A DNA stretch of 64,000 nt from Minisyncoccota bacterium. GTDB lineage: Bacteria; Patescibacteriota; Minisyncoccia; Phycocordibacterales; UBA9973. Where the stretch lies: the NCBI GenBank assembly GCA_041664285.1, contig JBAYLA010000002.1:1349-65348 (forward strand), given 5' to 3'. The notes beneath the pieces were generated by a model. The model saw only the letters and a list, made by a program, of their open reading frames with translations. It was not told the origin of the DNA and ran no database searches. Positions 1 to 9,641 of the stretch are shown piece by piece; position 1 is the first letter of the stretch, and the number at the start of each line of letters is the position of its first letter. A program made the position numbers and the translations under genes.

Positions 1-221
1 CTCTTTATGCTTTAACTCAAGGTTACATGGATGAGGTAGCTGTTGATAAAATAAAAGAATTTGAACAAGCCCTTATTAAATACAGTGAGCAAAAGGCAAA
101 AGTTTTCTATAAAGAAGTTATTGAAAAGAAAATGTGGAGTGAAAAAGGGGAGGCAGAATTAAAAAAGGTAATTGAAGATTTTTCCGCTCAAGGCGGATTC
201 GCCTCTGGCGAAAAAAAGTAA
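1..221 (+). CDS. atpA: F1 ATP synthase subunit alpha, C-terminal end (5'-truncated by window)
   Basis: Open frame from window start (...GYMDEVAVDKIKEFE...) matches the AtpA C-terminus; lies directly upstream of atpG. Confidence 0.9.
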   Translation, partial: LYALTQGYMDEVAVDKIKEFEQALIKYSEQKAKVFYKEVIEKKMWSEKGEAELKKVIEDFSAQGGFASGEKK

Positions 222-224
222 TTT

Positions 225-1157
225 ATGGCTGGAACTAAAGAAATCAAAAGACGAATAAAAAGTGTGAAGAATACAAAGAAAATCACTAAAGCGATGGAGC
301 TTGTGGCTGCTTCTAAAATGAAACGCGCAGTTGTATCTACTTTGGCTTCTCGTCTTTATTCTCGATATTCTTGGGAGATTCTTACCTCGGTTGCTGAAAA
401 TTTAGAACAAAATACGCATCCATTTTTCAATGAACAAAAGCAGGGGAAAATATTAGTGGTTTTAATTACTTCTAATCGTGGACTTTGCGGAGGATATGAT
501 TCTCAAATTATTAAAAAAACTCTCCATCAATTGCAAGAGTTTCAGACGTTGGACGTCCAAGGATCCCGACGTCCAACGTCTGAAATAGTTGATATTATTA
601 CTGTTGGCAAGAAAGGAGACATGGCTATGCGAAGAATTAATCAAAATATTACTGAAGTTTTTACCAATATGCCAGATATTAACATAGCTCTTTCAGACAT
701 TGCTCCACTTTCTAAATCATTAATGGATCAATATATAAATCATATTTATAAAAAAGTTTACATAGCTTATACCCATTTTTCTTCTGCTTTATCACAGAAA
801 CCTATAATTAAACAATTACTTCCAATTTCTAAACAAGAAGTTAAAGAAAATTTACAAGAGGCAATAAAAAATTTGCCCGAGCAAGTAAAAAATACAAAAA
901 TAAATTATTTATTTGAAGGAGATTTTGATACACTCATCACCTCTCTTTCTGAGAATATTACGCGAATGCAAATTTATCAAATGTTTCTTGAATCTAACGC
1001 TTCTGAACAATCGTCTCGGATGCTTGCCATGAAAAATGCTAGTGATGCTTCCAGCGAAATGATTGACGACTTAACTCTGATGTTTAATAAAGCCAGACAG
1101 GCGAATATTACCAGAGAAATATCAGAGATTAGTGCCGGTATGGCAAGTGTGAACTAA
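225..1157 (+). CDS. atpG: F1 ATP synthase subunit gamma
   Basis: KITKAMELVAASK, TSNRGLCGG and ARQANITREISEI motifs. Confidence 0.98.
   Translation: MAGTKEIKRRIKSVKNTKKITKAMELVAASKMKRAVVSTLASRLYSRYSWEILTSVAENLEQNTHPFFNEQKQGKILVVLITSNRGLCGGYDSQIIKKTLHQLQEFQTLDVQGSRRPTSEIVDIITVGKKGDMAMRRINQNITEVFTNMPDINIALSDIAPLSKSLMDQYINHIYKKVYIAYTHFSSALSQKPIIKQLLPISKQEVKENLQEAIKNLPEQVKNTKINYLFEGDFDTLITSLSENITRMQIYQMFLESNASEQSSRMLAMKNASDASSEMIDDLTLMFNKARQANITREISEISAGMASVN
540..585. repeat. Perfect 18-bp inverted repeat (10-nt loop) inside atpG
   Basis: TTTCAGACGTTGGACGTC (540-557) / GACGTCCAACGTCTGAAA (568-585). Confidence 0.95.
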
Positions 1158-1174
1158 AAGATTATTAATTTTAA

Positions 1175-2569
<1,395 letters not shown>

Positions 2570-2630
2570 TTAGGTGCTAGTGACTAGGGACTAGTAAGCT
2601 AGAACCTAGAACCTAGAACCTAGAACCTAA
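2570..2630 (+). repeat. Heptamer (CTAGNNN) array with inverted termini
   Basis: ttaggtg ctagtga ctaggga ctagtaag ctagaac ctagaac ctagaac ctagaac ctaa; related copies at 28484-28548 (-) and 30103-30146. Confidence 0.9.
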
Positions 2631-2634
2631 CATT

Positions 2635-3078
2635 ATGAAACAATTAAAATTAAAAATAGTTACACCAGAACGTCTTGTTTTGGAAGAAATGGTTGATCAA
2701 GTTGTTTTGCCGACCACTGAGGGGGAAATTACGGTTTTACCAGATCATGTTCCGTTAATTGTAGGACTTAAATCTGGAGACGTGGTTGCTTTTGTAAGTG
2801 GTGAGCAAGTGCCGATGGCTGTTGTAGGTGGATTTGTGGAAGTAAAAAAAAATGAAGGAGATATTACTGAAGTAGCTGTTTTAGCTGATTTTGCTGAACA
2901 CTTATCGGAACTTTCTGATGCGGTAATAGAAAAAGCAAAAGCTCGAGCAGAAGAATTAAAGAAACTGATGGAAAACAAAGAACATGTTGACTTCGAACAC
3001 TTTGAAGCTGAACTTGAACGCTCACTCACTCGCGTAAAAATCGCAGACAAGTGGAAAACGAAAAAATATAGAAAATAA
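2635..3078 (+). CDS. atpC: F1 ATP synthase subunit epsilon
   Basis: LKIVTPER, GEITVLPDH, VVGGFVEV; follows atpD. Confidence 0.97.
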   Translation: MKQLKLKIVTPERLVLEEMVDQVVLPTTEGEITVLPDHVPLIVGLKSGDVVAFVSGEQVPMAVVGGFVEVKKNEGDITEVAVLADFAEHLSELSDAVIEKAKARAEELKKLMENKEHVDFEHFEAELERSLTRVKIADKWKTKKYRK

Positions 3079-3112
3079 CTAAATAGTCTTATGGCATATG
3101 CCAATACAGGGC

Positions 3113-3141
3113 TTGACTTTTTGTATTATGTATGATATACT
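3113..3141 (+). promoter_or_regulatory. Sigma70-type promoter
   Basis: TTGACT (3113-3118), 17 bp spacer, TGa-TATACT (3136-3141). Confidence 0.75.
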
Positions 3142-3215
3142 TAAACCTAAAGTAGTTCAAATAAAATTAAATATTAAACTCTGTGCTTTTTTAAGCACAG
3201 AAAAAGGAGGAACAA

Positions 3216-3392
3216 ATGAATAAAGAAGAAAGATTTTACATTTTTGTTATGAGTGTAGGATTGTTTTTAGTGATATCTGCAAATACCATAGCCACAGGCA
3301 ATTTGTTTACAAACATTGAAGAGTCAGTGTGGGTCGCGGTAGGAGCGATTTCAATCTCTGCTTCATTAAACGCAATGTTGAAACGGAGATAA
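3216..3392 (+). CDS. Small 58-aa two-TM membrane protein (not in ORF track)
   Basis: AAAGGAGG Shine-Dalgarno 5 nt before ATG; MNKEERFYIFVMSVGLFLVISANTIATGNLFTNIEESVWVAVGAISISASLNAMLKRR; has own promoter and terminator. Confidence 0.7.
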   Translation: MNKEERFYIFVMSVGLFLVISANTIATGNLFTNIEESVWVAVGAISISASLNAMLKRR

Positions 3393-3452
3393 GGCGTACC
3401 GTGATCGCGCTATGTTCAATCGAATTGAGAATTACGGACTCAATTCAAAAAA

Positions 3453-3482
3453 GCTCTGATGGAAACATTCAGGGCATTTTTT
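3453..3482. terminator. Probable bidirectional intrinsic terminator
   Basis: A6 - GCTCTGATG gaaa CATTCAGGGC - T run, between convergent small ORF and argC. Confidence 0.7.
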
Positions 3483-4440
3483 ATTTTTGGTTGGCAAGTC
3501 CAAGCATTAATTCTATATTTTGCACAGCTGCGCCTGCAGCTCCTTTTCCAAGGTTATCAAGAGATGCAACAAGTACGGCTTGTTCTTTTTTTCCATCCCA
3601 AAAAACATGCAAGTCAAGTTTGTCAGTTTTGGCTAGTGCTTCAGGATTAAGACGGCTTTCATATGGAGGATGTAAAATAACTTTAATTTGATTAGATTCT
3701 GCATAATGTTTCCTTAACACTTCTGCTATGTTTTCACCTGTTATTTTCCCTGGGAGCTGTTTTAAATGAAGAGGTATGCTTACAAGCATTCCTTGAGGAA
3801 ACCCTCCAACAGAAGGAATAAAGATTGGACTTTCTTTTAATTGGCTGTGCGTTTGTATTTCTGGTATATGTTTATGTTCTAGATCAAGTCCATATAATTC
3901 AAAATTTGGTGCTGTGCCTTTATTGTGGGCTTCTATCATTTTTTTTCCTCCTCCACTATAACCACTCATAGCATTGATAGTTATTGGATAATCTTCTGGG
4001 ATTACTCCAGCTTGAACAAGAGGCCGAAGAAGTGCGATTGCTCCAGTTGCATAACATCCCGGGTTGGAAACGGCGTCAGCTTCTTTAATTTTTTCTGATT
4101 GTTGGTTGTCCATCTCTGGAAAACCATAAACCCATCCCTGAGCAATGCGATGCGCTGTACTGGCATCAAGAATTTTTGGCGCACTTGAACCAAGGGAGTT
4201 TGCTATCGCAACAGATTCTTTTGCAGCATCATCGGGAAGACAAAGTACAACTAGGTCACTTTTTTCCATAGCTTCGCTACGTTCCTTAGGGTCTTTCGGA
4301 GGTCCTTTTACAAAAACCATTTCAATTTCACCTTTTTCTTCAATAAGTTTTTTTAAGCGCTCGCGTATTTCTAGGGCAGTTGTTCCTTCTGCTCCGTCAA
4401 TAAAGATCTTTGGTTTTGGTTTCCATCCTCCTTTTTCCAT
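3481..4440 (-). CDS. argC: N-acetyl-gamma-glutamyl-phosphate reductase (type II)
   Basis: IFIDGAEGTT, LDASTAHR, catalytic NPGCY, SGYSGGG, LDNLGKGA.GAAVQN. Confidence 0.95.
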   Translation of the reverse strand: MEKGGWKPKPKIFIDGAEGTTALEIRERLKKLIEEKGEIEMVFVKGPPKDPKERSEAMEKSDLVVLCLPDDAAKESVAIANSLGSSAPKILDASTAHRIAQGWVYGFPEMDNQQSEKIKEADAVSNPGCYATGAIALLRPLVQAGVIPEDYPITINAMSGYSGGGKKMIEAHNKGTAPNFELYGLDLEHKHIPEIQTHSQLKESPIFIPSVGGFPQGMLVSIPLHLKQLPGKITGENIAEVLRKHYAESNQIKVILHPPYESRLNPEALAKTDKLDLHVFWDGKKEQAVLVASLDNLGKGAAGAAVQNIELMLGLANQK

Positions 4441-4499
4441 AGATTAATTATAACAATTCCTCCTTTTTTATGATAGACTATTATAAATCATTAAATATT

Positions 4500-5180
4500 A
4501 TGTCTAAATTTTATGTTGTAGCTACGCCAATAGGAAATATGGGGGACATCACCTTTCGGGCTGTTGGAATACTGAAAACCGTTGATTTAATTTTATGCGA
4601 AGATACCAGAGAAACTAAAAAGATTCTAGATAAATATGAAATTAGTAAACCCACTATGAGCTACCACGCTCAAAGTAAGTTTTCCAAAGAAGATAAAATT
4701 TTTGAATTATTGGAGGCAGGGAAAGACTTAGCTTTAGTATCAGATGCTGGGACACCTGGAATTTCAGATCCAGGAGCCATGTTGGTATCTAAAATTAAAG
4801 AATATTTCAATGATAGGGTAAAAGTAATCCCAATTCCGGGAGCGACAGCTTTAATCACAGCCCTGTCGGCTTCAGGGTTACCAACGCATGAGTTTACTTT
4901 TTTAGGATTTTTACCACATAAAAAAGGTAGAGAAACTTTATTTAAAGAAATTGCCCAATCAAAGAGAACAATGGTCTTTTACGAATCTCCTCATAGAATT
5001 TTGAAAACCCTTGAATCACTCGTAAAATTTTGTGAAGGCAAAGAGAAAAAAGTTTGTATTGCCCGTGAACTGACAAAAATTTATGAAGAATTTAAAACTG
5101 GAACTCCAGCAGAAGTTTTAGAATATTTCGAGAAGAATAAAGAGAAACAAAGAGGGGAGTTTACCGTAATTGTTTCTTAA
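4500..5180 (+). CDS. rsmI: 16S rRNA (C1402-2'-O)-methyltransferase
   Basis: VATPIGN, CEDTR, VSDAGTPGISDPG, YESPHR, RELTK; start moved to MSKF. Confidence 0.97.
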   Translation: MSKFYVVATPIGNMGDITFRAVGILKTVDLILCEDTRETKKILDKYEISKPTMSYHAQSKFSKEDKIFELLEAGKDLALVSDAGTPGISDPGAMLVSKIKEYFNDRVKVIPIPGATALITALSASGLPTHEFTFLGFLPHKKGRETLFKEIAQSKRTMVFYESPHRILKTLESLVKFCEGKEKKVCIARELTKIYEEFKTGTPAEVLEYFEKNKEKQRGEFTVIVS

Positions 5181-5205
5181 AATACCCAAAAGCACTTAGA
5201 ACTTT

Positions 5206-7137
5206 TTATAGTAAATCTTCAGGATCTACAAGTACTTCGTAGGATGGAGGTAAAGAAGAAAGTAAATTAAACAGATTTTGGTCAATAGATGAACCATGAG
5301 AAAGTTCAGGCAGAGACCATTGTTTTAGCTCCAATTTTATTAAAGCATTTGTTCTATAATTATTTTTATTTTTTGCTATAAATCCACTGAATATTTCAGG
5401 ATTATATTCTTTAAAAATCTCCTTCAACATCTTCCTTGCTTTTTTTGTTTGTTCTTTATCTCCTTTGTAAGTGATTTTAATAAAACGCTTAAATGGGGGA
5501 TATCCTAAATTTTTTCTATCTTTTAATTCTTCACGCACAAAAGACAATAAATTAGATGTTTTGATTGCCAACATAGATGCATCATCCTCATTTTTAATCT
5601 GAATAATAACTTTCTCTTTTGTTCTATTAATTATTGAAAGTATTATTTGAATAATTTTTTCCCCCATTTGAAAATTAGGGATACTCCAAAGCGAATCAAA
5701 AGAAGCGATGACTGAAAATGCAACTTTTTCTTGAAGATAGAAGAATGCCATTTCTGTCCCAATCAGGATTGATCCTTTGTTTTCTTCAAAATCTTTTATA
5801 ATTTTTTTCGCACCTGAAGCTGTTTTTGCAGATTCTTTATCTAATTTAAAAATTTTAATTTTTGGAAAAAGTTTACTTATCTCTTCATGCACAGTGTCGG
5901 TGCCAATACCAAGGGGTAATAGATTCCAACCTCCACACAATGTGCAATTAGTGTCTCCATCTATGTTTATTTCACATCGATTACAAACGAATACCCTTTT
6001 TTTGTCTTTATGTGATGTATAAAGTACAAGGGGTGCTCCGCACTTTTTACAACTGACTGTTTCGTTACAGTCTTTACATAGGGTCATGGTCGCCAAGCCT
6101 TTTCTTAATGAAAAAATAAAAACATTTTTTTTGCTTTCTAGCGCCAATTTTATTTCCTTTATACTTTCGTCATTAAATATTTGGAATTTTTCTTTATTAT
6201 TTTTTTTCTTGCTTAAAATTTCTATTTCTCCTTCAAAATCAATTCTAAAAGACAAAGGATATAAAGGATTAAAATTATCTATATCTTTTCTTCCGATTGT
6301 TTCGTAACGGAGTATTTCATCAGCCATTATAAACCTTGCATTTATCTTTGAAGTATAAATTTCTACAAAAACTCTTAAATCGAGGTGGGGCATAGCGATC
6401 ATTTTATAAGCATTTGAATTTTCGTGTTCTAAAATTATGGTACCAATATCCTTTTTAGGAATAGAAAGAAAAGGAGGAGTACCAATGATTAAAACTGGAT
6501 GAGTAGCATTTATTATTTTTTCATAAGTCGTTAGATTTTTCTTTTTATTTATTCCACTTTGGATAGAAAAAGTAAATTGTTCAATGCCTTTTGATAATTG
6601 ATCAGTAAATTTTTCTATATCAAATTGGGTAGGCACGACCACAAAAATAGATTTACCTTTAGCAAAAGATTCACGAATAAGGGTTTTATAGATGGAGATA
6701 CGGTCTTCTAATGGATATTGAAATAATAATTTTTCTGTTCTTAATTTTTGTTCGTTTTTAAAAATGTCCTGGTGGCTATTTTTTATTTTTGCAATCTTGT
6801 CATATTCTTCTAAAAAGATATTTGGAATTAATGAAGCTAGGGTCTTATTTTTATTTTGAGCAAAGTATTTACTGGTATCAAAAATAGTATTTAGAAATTC
6901 TTTTAAAAAAACAGAGTCTCCTTTGTCCTTAGTGACTTTTCTTAAATTGAAATTCATGTTTTTTATATTACTTTTTCTTTCCGTTAATTCTTCGCTGGAC
7001 GTGACTAGAGCTAGAGTTTCTTTATTTCTTATTGGGACAGACACAATATTTCCAACAGCTATATCTAAATTAGAAAAATAGGTTAAATCGCCTCTTAGGG
7101 TGTTCTTTTTTAATGGTATGACTGATATAATTTTCAT
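5206..7137 (-). CDS. priA: Primosomal protein N' (PriA), helicase motifs degenerate
   Basis: N-terminal 3'-DNA-binding-like domain, 8-Cys zinc region (CKDC..CKKC..CNRC..CTLC), GIGT, GYPPF; Walker A and DExH not recognisable; start at MKIISV assumed. Confidence 0.85.
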   Translation of the reverse strand: MKIISVIPLKKNTLRGDLTYFSNLDIAVGNIVSVPIRNKETLALVTSSEELTERKSNIKNMNFNLRKVTKDKGDSVFLKEFLNTIFDTSKYFAQNKNKTLASLIPNIFLEEYDKIAKIKNSHQDIFKNEQKLRTEKLLFQYPLEDRISIYKTLIRESFAKGKSIFVVVPTQFDIEKFTDQLSKGIEQFTFSIQSGINKKKNLTTYEKIINATHPVLIIGTPPFLSIPKKDIGTIILEHENSNAYKMIAMPHLDLRVFVEIYTSKINARFIMADEILRYETIGRKDIDNFNPLYPLSFRIDFEGEIEILSKKKNNKEKFQIFNDESIKEIKLALESKKNVFIFSLRKGLATMTLCKDCNETVSCKKCGAPLVLYTSHKDKKRVFVCNRCEINIDGDTNCTLCGGWNLLPLGIGTDTVHEEISKLFPKIKIFKLDKESAKTASGAKKIIKDFEENKGSILIGTEMAFFYLQEKVAFSVIASFDSLWSIPNFQMGEKIIQIILSIINRTKEKVIIQIKNEDDASMLAIKTSNLLSFVREELKDRKNLGYPPFKRFIKITYKGDKEQTKKARKMLKEIFKEYNPEIFSGFIAKNKNNYRTNALIKLELKQWSLPELSHGSSIDQNLFNLLSSLPPSYEVLVDPEDLL

Positions 7138-7193
7138 GATTTTATGTGGCGTCAAGCTCGTAATTTGTATTTCATTCTAGCATGAATATGTAT

Positions 7194-7241
7194 TATATCC
7201 CCATACATATTTCCTTGATTTAAAATAGGTGTCGGGGTATA
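7194..7241. repeat. Imperfect palindrome ending AATAGGTGTCGGGGTATA (copy 1), overlapping the mreB -10 box
   Basis: 18-nt right arm identical to 18303-18320; left arm TATATCCCCATACATATTT. Confidence 0.8.
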
Positions 7242-7249
7242 TTGTTTTT

Positions 7250-8269
7250 ATGGGATTTTTCTCACGCAAATTAGGAATAGATTTGGGTACAGCTAATACT
7301 TTAGTGTTTATGCCGGGTAAGGGTATTGTTCTAAACGAGCCTTCAGTTGTCGCAGTTTCTGAGCAAGATAATAAAATTCTAGCGATTGGATTTGAGGCGA
7401 AGGATATGATTGGTAAAACTCCAGATTCAATTATTACTTATTGTCCAATGAAAGATGGAGTTATTGCTGACTATCGAGTAACTGAAGCGATGCTTCGTTA
7501 TTTTATAAGCAAAGCAATGGGGAAATTTAGTTTTTTAAAACCAGACGTAATGGTTTCTGTCCCAGCCGGTGTTACTTCCACTGAAAGACGAGCAGTCGTA
7601 GAAGCAGCTATACGAGCAGGTGCTAAAAATGCTTATGTAGTTAAAGAGCCAATCTTAGCAGCCATTGGTGCTGGTATTCCAATTTATGAATCAAAAGGTT
7701 ATATGGTAGTAGACATCGGTGGTGGGACGACAGATGTGGCGGTGATCTCTTTGGGAGGGATTGTGTCTTCGACTTCCGTTAAATGTGCTGGAAATAAAAT
7801 AGATCAAGCGATAGCAGATTATATTAAGAAAACTTTTAATTTAGCTATAGGAGATAGAACAGCCGAGGAAGTAAAAATAAAAATAGGCGCTGCTATTAAC
7901 TTAGACGAAGAACTTCGGGTGACAATTAAAGGTAGAGATTTTATACAAGGATTACCAAGATCGGCTCAAGTAGGGACTAATGAAATAGTTAAAGCGATAG
8001 ATCCGGAACTACGACAAATAATCAAAGCAATAAAAACTGTTTTACAAGAAACTCCTCCAGAACTTGCTTCTGATATTATTGATCATGGAATTGTGATGAC
8101 TGGTGGATCTTCTCAGTTACGTAATTTTACTGATTTAGTTTATCGAAAAACAGGAGTGAAGGCGACTTTAGCTGAAGATGCTCTTTTTTGTGTGGTAAAA
8201 GGTACAGGTGTTGCTCTAGAGCATCTAGATGTTTATAAAAAAACAGTTTTAAGTAAGAAGTATAACTAG
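7250..8269 (+). CDS. mreB: Rod shape-determining protein MreB
   Basis: GIDLGTAN, VDIGGGTT, TPPELASDI; start moved to MGFF. Confidence 0.98.
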   Translation: MGFFSRKLGIDLGTANTLVFMPGKGIVLNEPSVVAVSEQDNKILAIGFEAKDMIGKTPDSIITYCPMKDGVIADYRVTEAMLRYFISKAMGKFSFLKPDVMVSVPAGVTSTERRAVVEAAIRAGAKNAYVVKEPILAAIGAGIPIYESKGYMVVDIGGGTTDVAVISLGGIVSSTSVKCAGNKIDQAIADYIKKTFNLAIGDRTAEEVKIKIGAAINLDEELRVTIKGRDFIQGLPRSAQVGTNEIVKAIDPELRQIIKAIKTVLQETPPELASDIIDHGIVMTGGSSQLRNFTDLVYRKTGVKATLAEDALFCVVKGTGVALEHLDVYKKTVLSKKYN

Positions 8270-8288
8270 TTATTATAAACTAGAATTT

Positions 8289-9062
8289 ATGTCCCTAATC
8301 CAAAAAAATTTAGATAAGAATAATTTACATCATGCATATTTAATAGAGGGCGAGAGGAGTGTAATCGTGAAAGAAATTGAAGAATTTTTAAAAAGTTTAG
8401 GAGTAAGCACCATTGGTAATCCTGACTTTATTCACATTCAATTAGACTCTTTTAAAATTGAAGATGCGAGGAATTTAAAATCCTATGCAAACCAAAAAAG
8501 TTTTTCCTTGGAGAAGAAAATTTTTATTATTTCTGCCAATAACTTTTTACTTGAGGCTCAGAATAGCTTATTGAAGATTTTTGAAGAACCAATAGAAAAT
8601 ACACACTTTTTCTTAATTGTGCCAGATGTCAATTCCCTTTTAAAAACTCTTGTTTCTAGATTTTATTTGATTTCTACAAAGCAAGATATTGGAGAGGTGA
8701 AAGAAGTAGAGAAATTTATTACTATGCCGTTAAAAAACAGAATTGATTTTATAAAAGAATTATTGACTACAGAAGACGAAGAAGATGAAGAAGGAAATGA
8801 AATTATTGTGCTAAATTCTACTCGTTCAAAGGCCTTAAGATTTTTAAATGCGCTAGAGTCTGTGTTATATAGCAAATTTATAAAGAATTTTTCTGGCTTT
8901 ACCCTTCCTGGAGTACCGGGTGGGACTTACGCCATTCAAAATTCTTTACAAATTTGCTTCCCTCATTTTTTTAAGGTTCGCGAATTTCTTCGGATGCCAG
9001 GGAGTTCTGTAAAAAGCTTGATGAAATCCGTAGCAATAGTAACACCAAATTTTAAAAATTAA
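8289..9062 (+). CDS. holB: DNA polymerase III delta'-like subunit
   Basis: LHHAYLIEG, NPDF, EAQNSLLKIFEEP, TLVSR. Confidence 0.8.
   Translation: MSLIQKNLDKNNLHHAYLIEGERSVIVKEIEEFLKSLGVSTIGNPDFIHIQLDSFKIEDARNLKSYANQKSFSLEKKIFIISANNFLLEAQNSLLKIFEEPIENTHFFLIVPDVNSLLKTLVSRFYLISTKQDIGEVKEVEKFITMPLKNRIDFIKELLTTEDEEDEEGNEIIVLNSTRSKALRFLNALESVLYSKFIKNFSGFTLPGVPGGTYAIQNSLQICFPHFFKVREFLRMPGSSVKSLMKSVAIVTPNFKN
8881..8948. repeat. Hairpin element in-frame within holB
   Basis: TAAAGAATTTT..TGGC / GCCA..AAAATTCTTTA arms, inner CCTGG-AGTA-CCGGG stem; GC-rich patch encoding FSGFTLPGVPGGTYAIQNS. Confidence 0.7.
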
Positions 9063-9084
9063 TTTTTTGTGATATAGTAAATTT

Positions 9085-9636
9085 ATGCAATACAATTTTT
9101 CAAATTTTAAAGTAGAGCTTAAAAAAACAGAAGATTTCTTAGGCAAAGAATACACTCAGCTTAACATTGGACGAGCGTCACCCATGATCCTCGATGGTGT
9201 GTCTGTCGAATCATATGGTTCATATGTTCCATTAAAAAATGTAGCTTCTATTTCTATTGAAGACCCAAAAACATTACGCATTGCCCCTTGGGATAAATCT
9301 CAAATAAAAGCGATTGAAAAGGCTATTGTTGGTTCAAATTTAGGGTTGTCTGTGGCGACTGATGATTTAGGTATAAGAGTTATTTTTCCACAATTAACTA
9401 CCGAAACGAGGAAAACCTTGGTAAAAGTTTTAAAAGAAAAATTAGAAGAAAGTAGAATTATTGTGCGACGTCTTCGTGAAGCTGTGGTGGTTGAGATAGA
9501 GAAACAAGAAAAAGAAGGTAAAATGACCGAAGATGAAAGATTTCGCGCGAAAGAAGAATTACAGAAAATTATCACTGAAACAAATAGCAAACTAGAAGCA
9601 ATCTTTGAGAAAAAGGAGAGTGAAGTAATGGGATAG
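9085..9636 (+). CDS. frr: Ribosome recycling factor
   Basis: GRASP, IAPWDKS, FPQLTTETRK. Confidence 0.97.
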   Translation: MQYNFSNFKVELKKTEDFLGKEYTQLNIGRASPMILDGVSVESYGSYVPLKNVASISIEDPKTLRIAPWDKSQIKAIEKAIVGSNLGLSVATDDLGIRVIFPQLTTETRKTLVKVLKEKLEESRIIVRRLREAVVVEIEKQEKEGKMTEDERFRAKEELQKIITETNSKLEAIFEKKESEVMG

Positions 9637-9641
9637 AAAAT

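Noticed and set aside
2570-2630. CRISPR or coding microsatellite
   Set aside because: 7-nt tandem units without spacers; stop codons in all frames.
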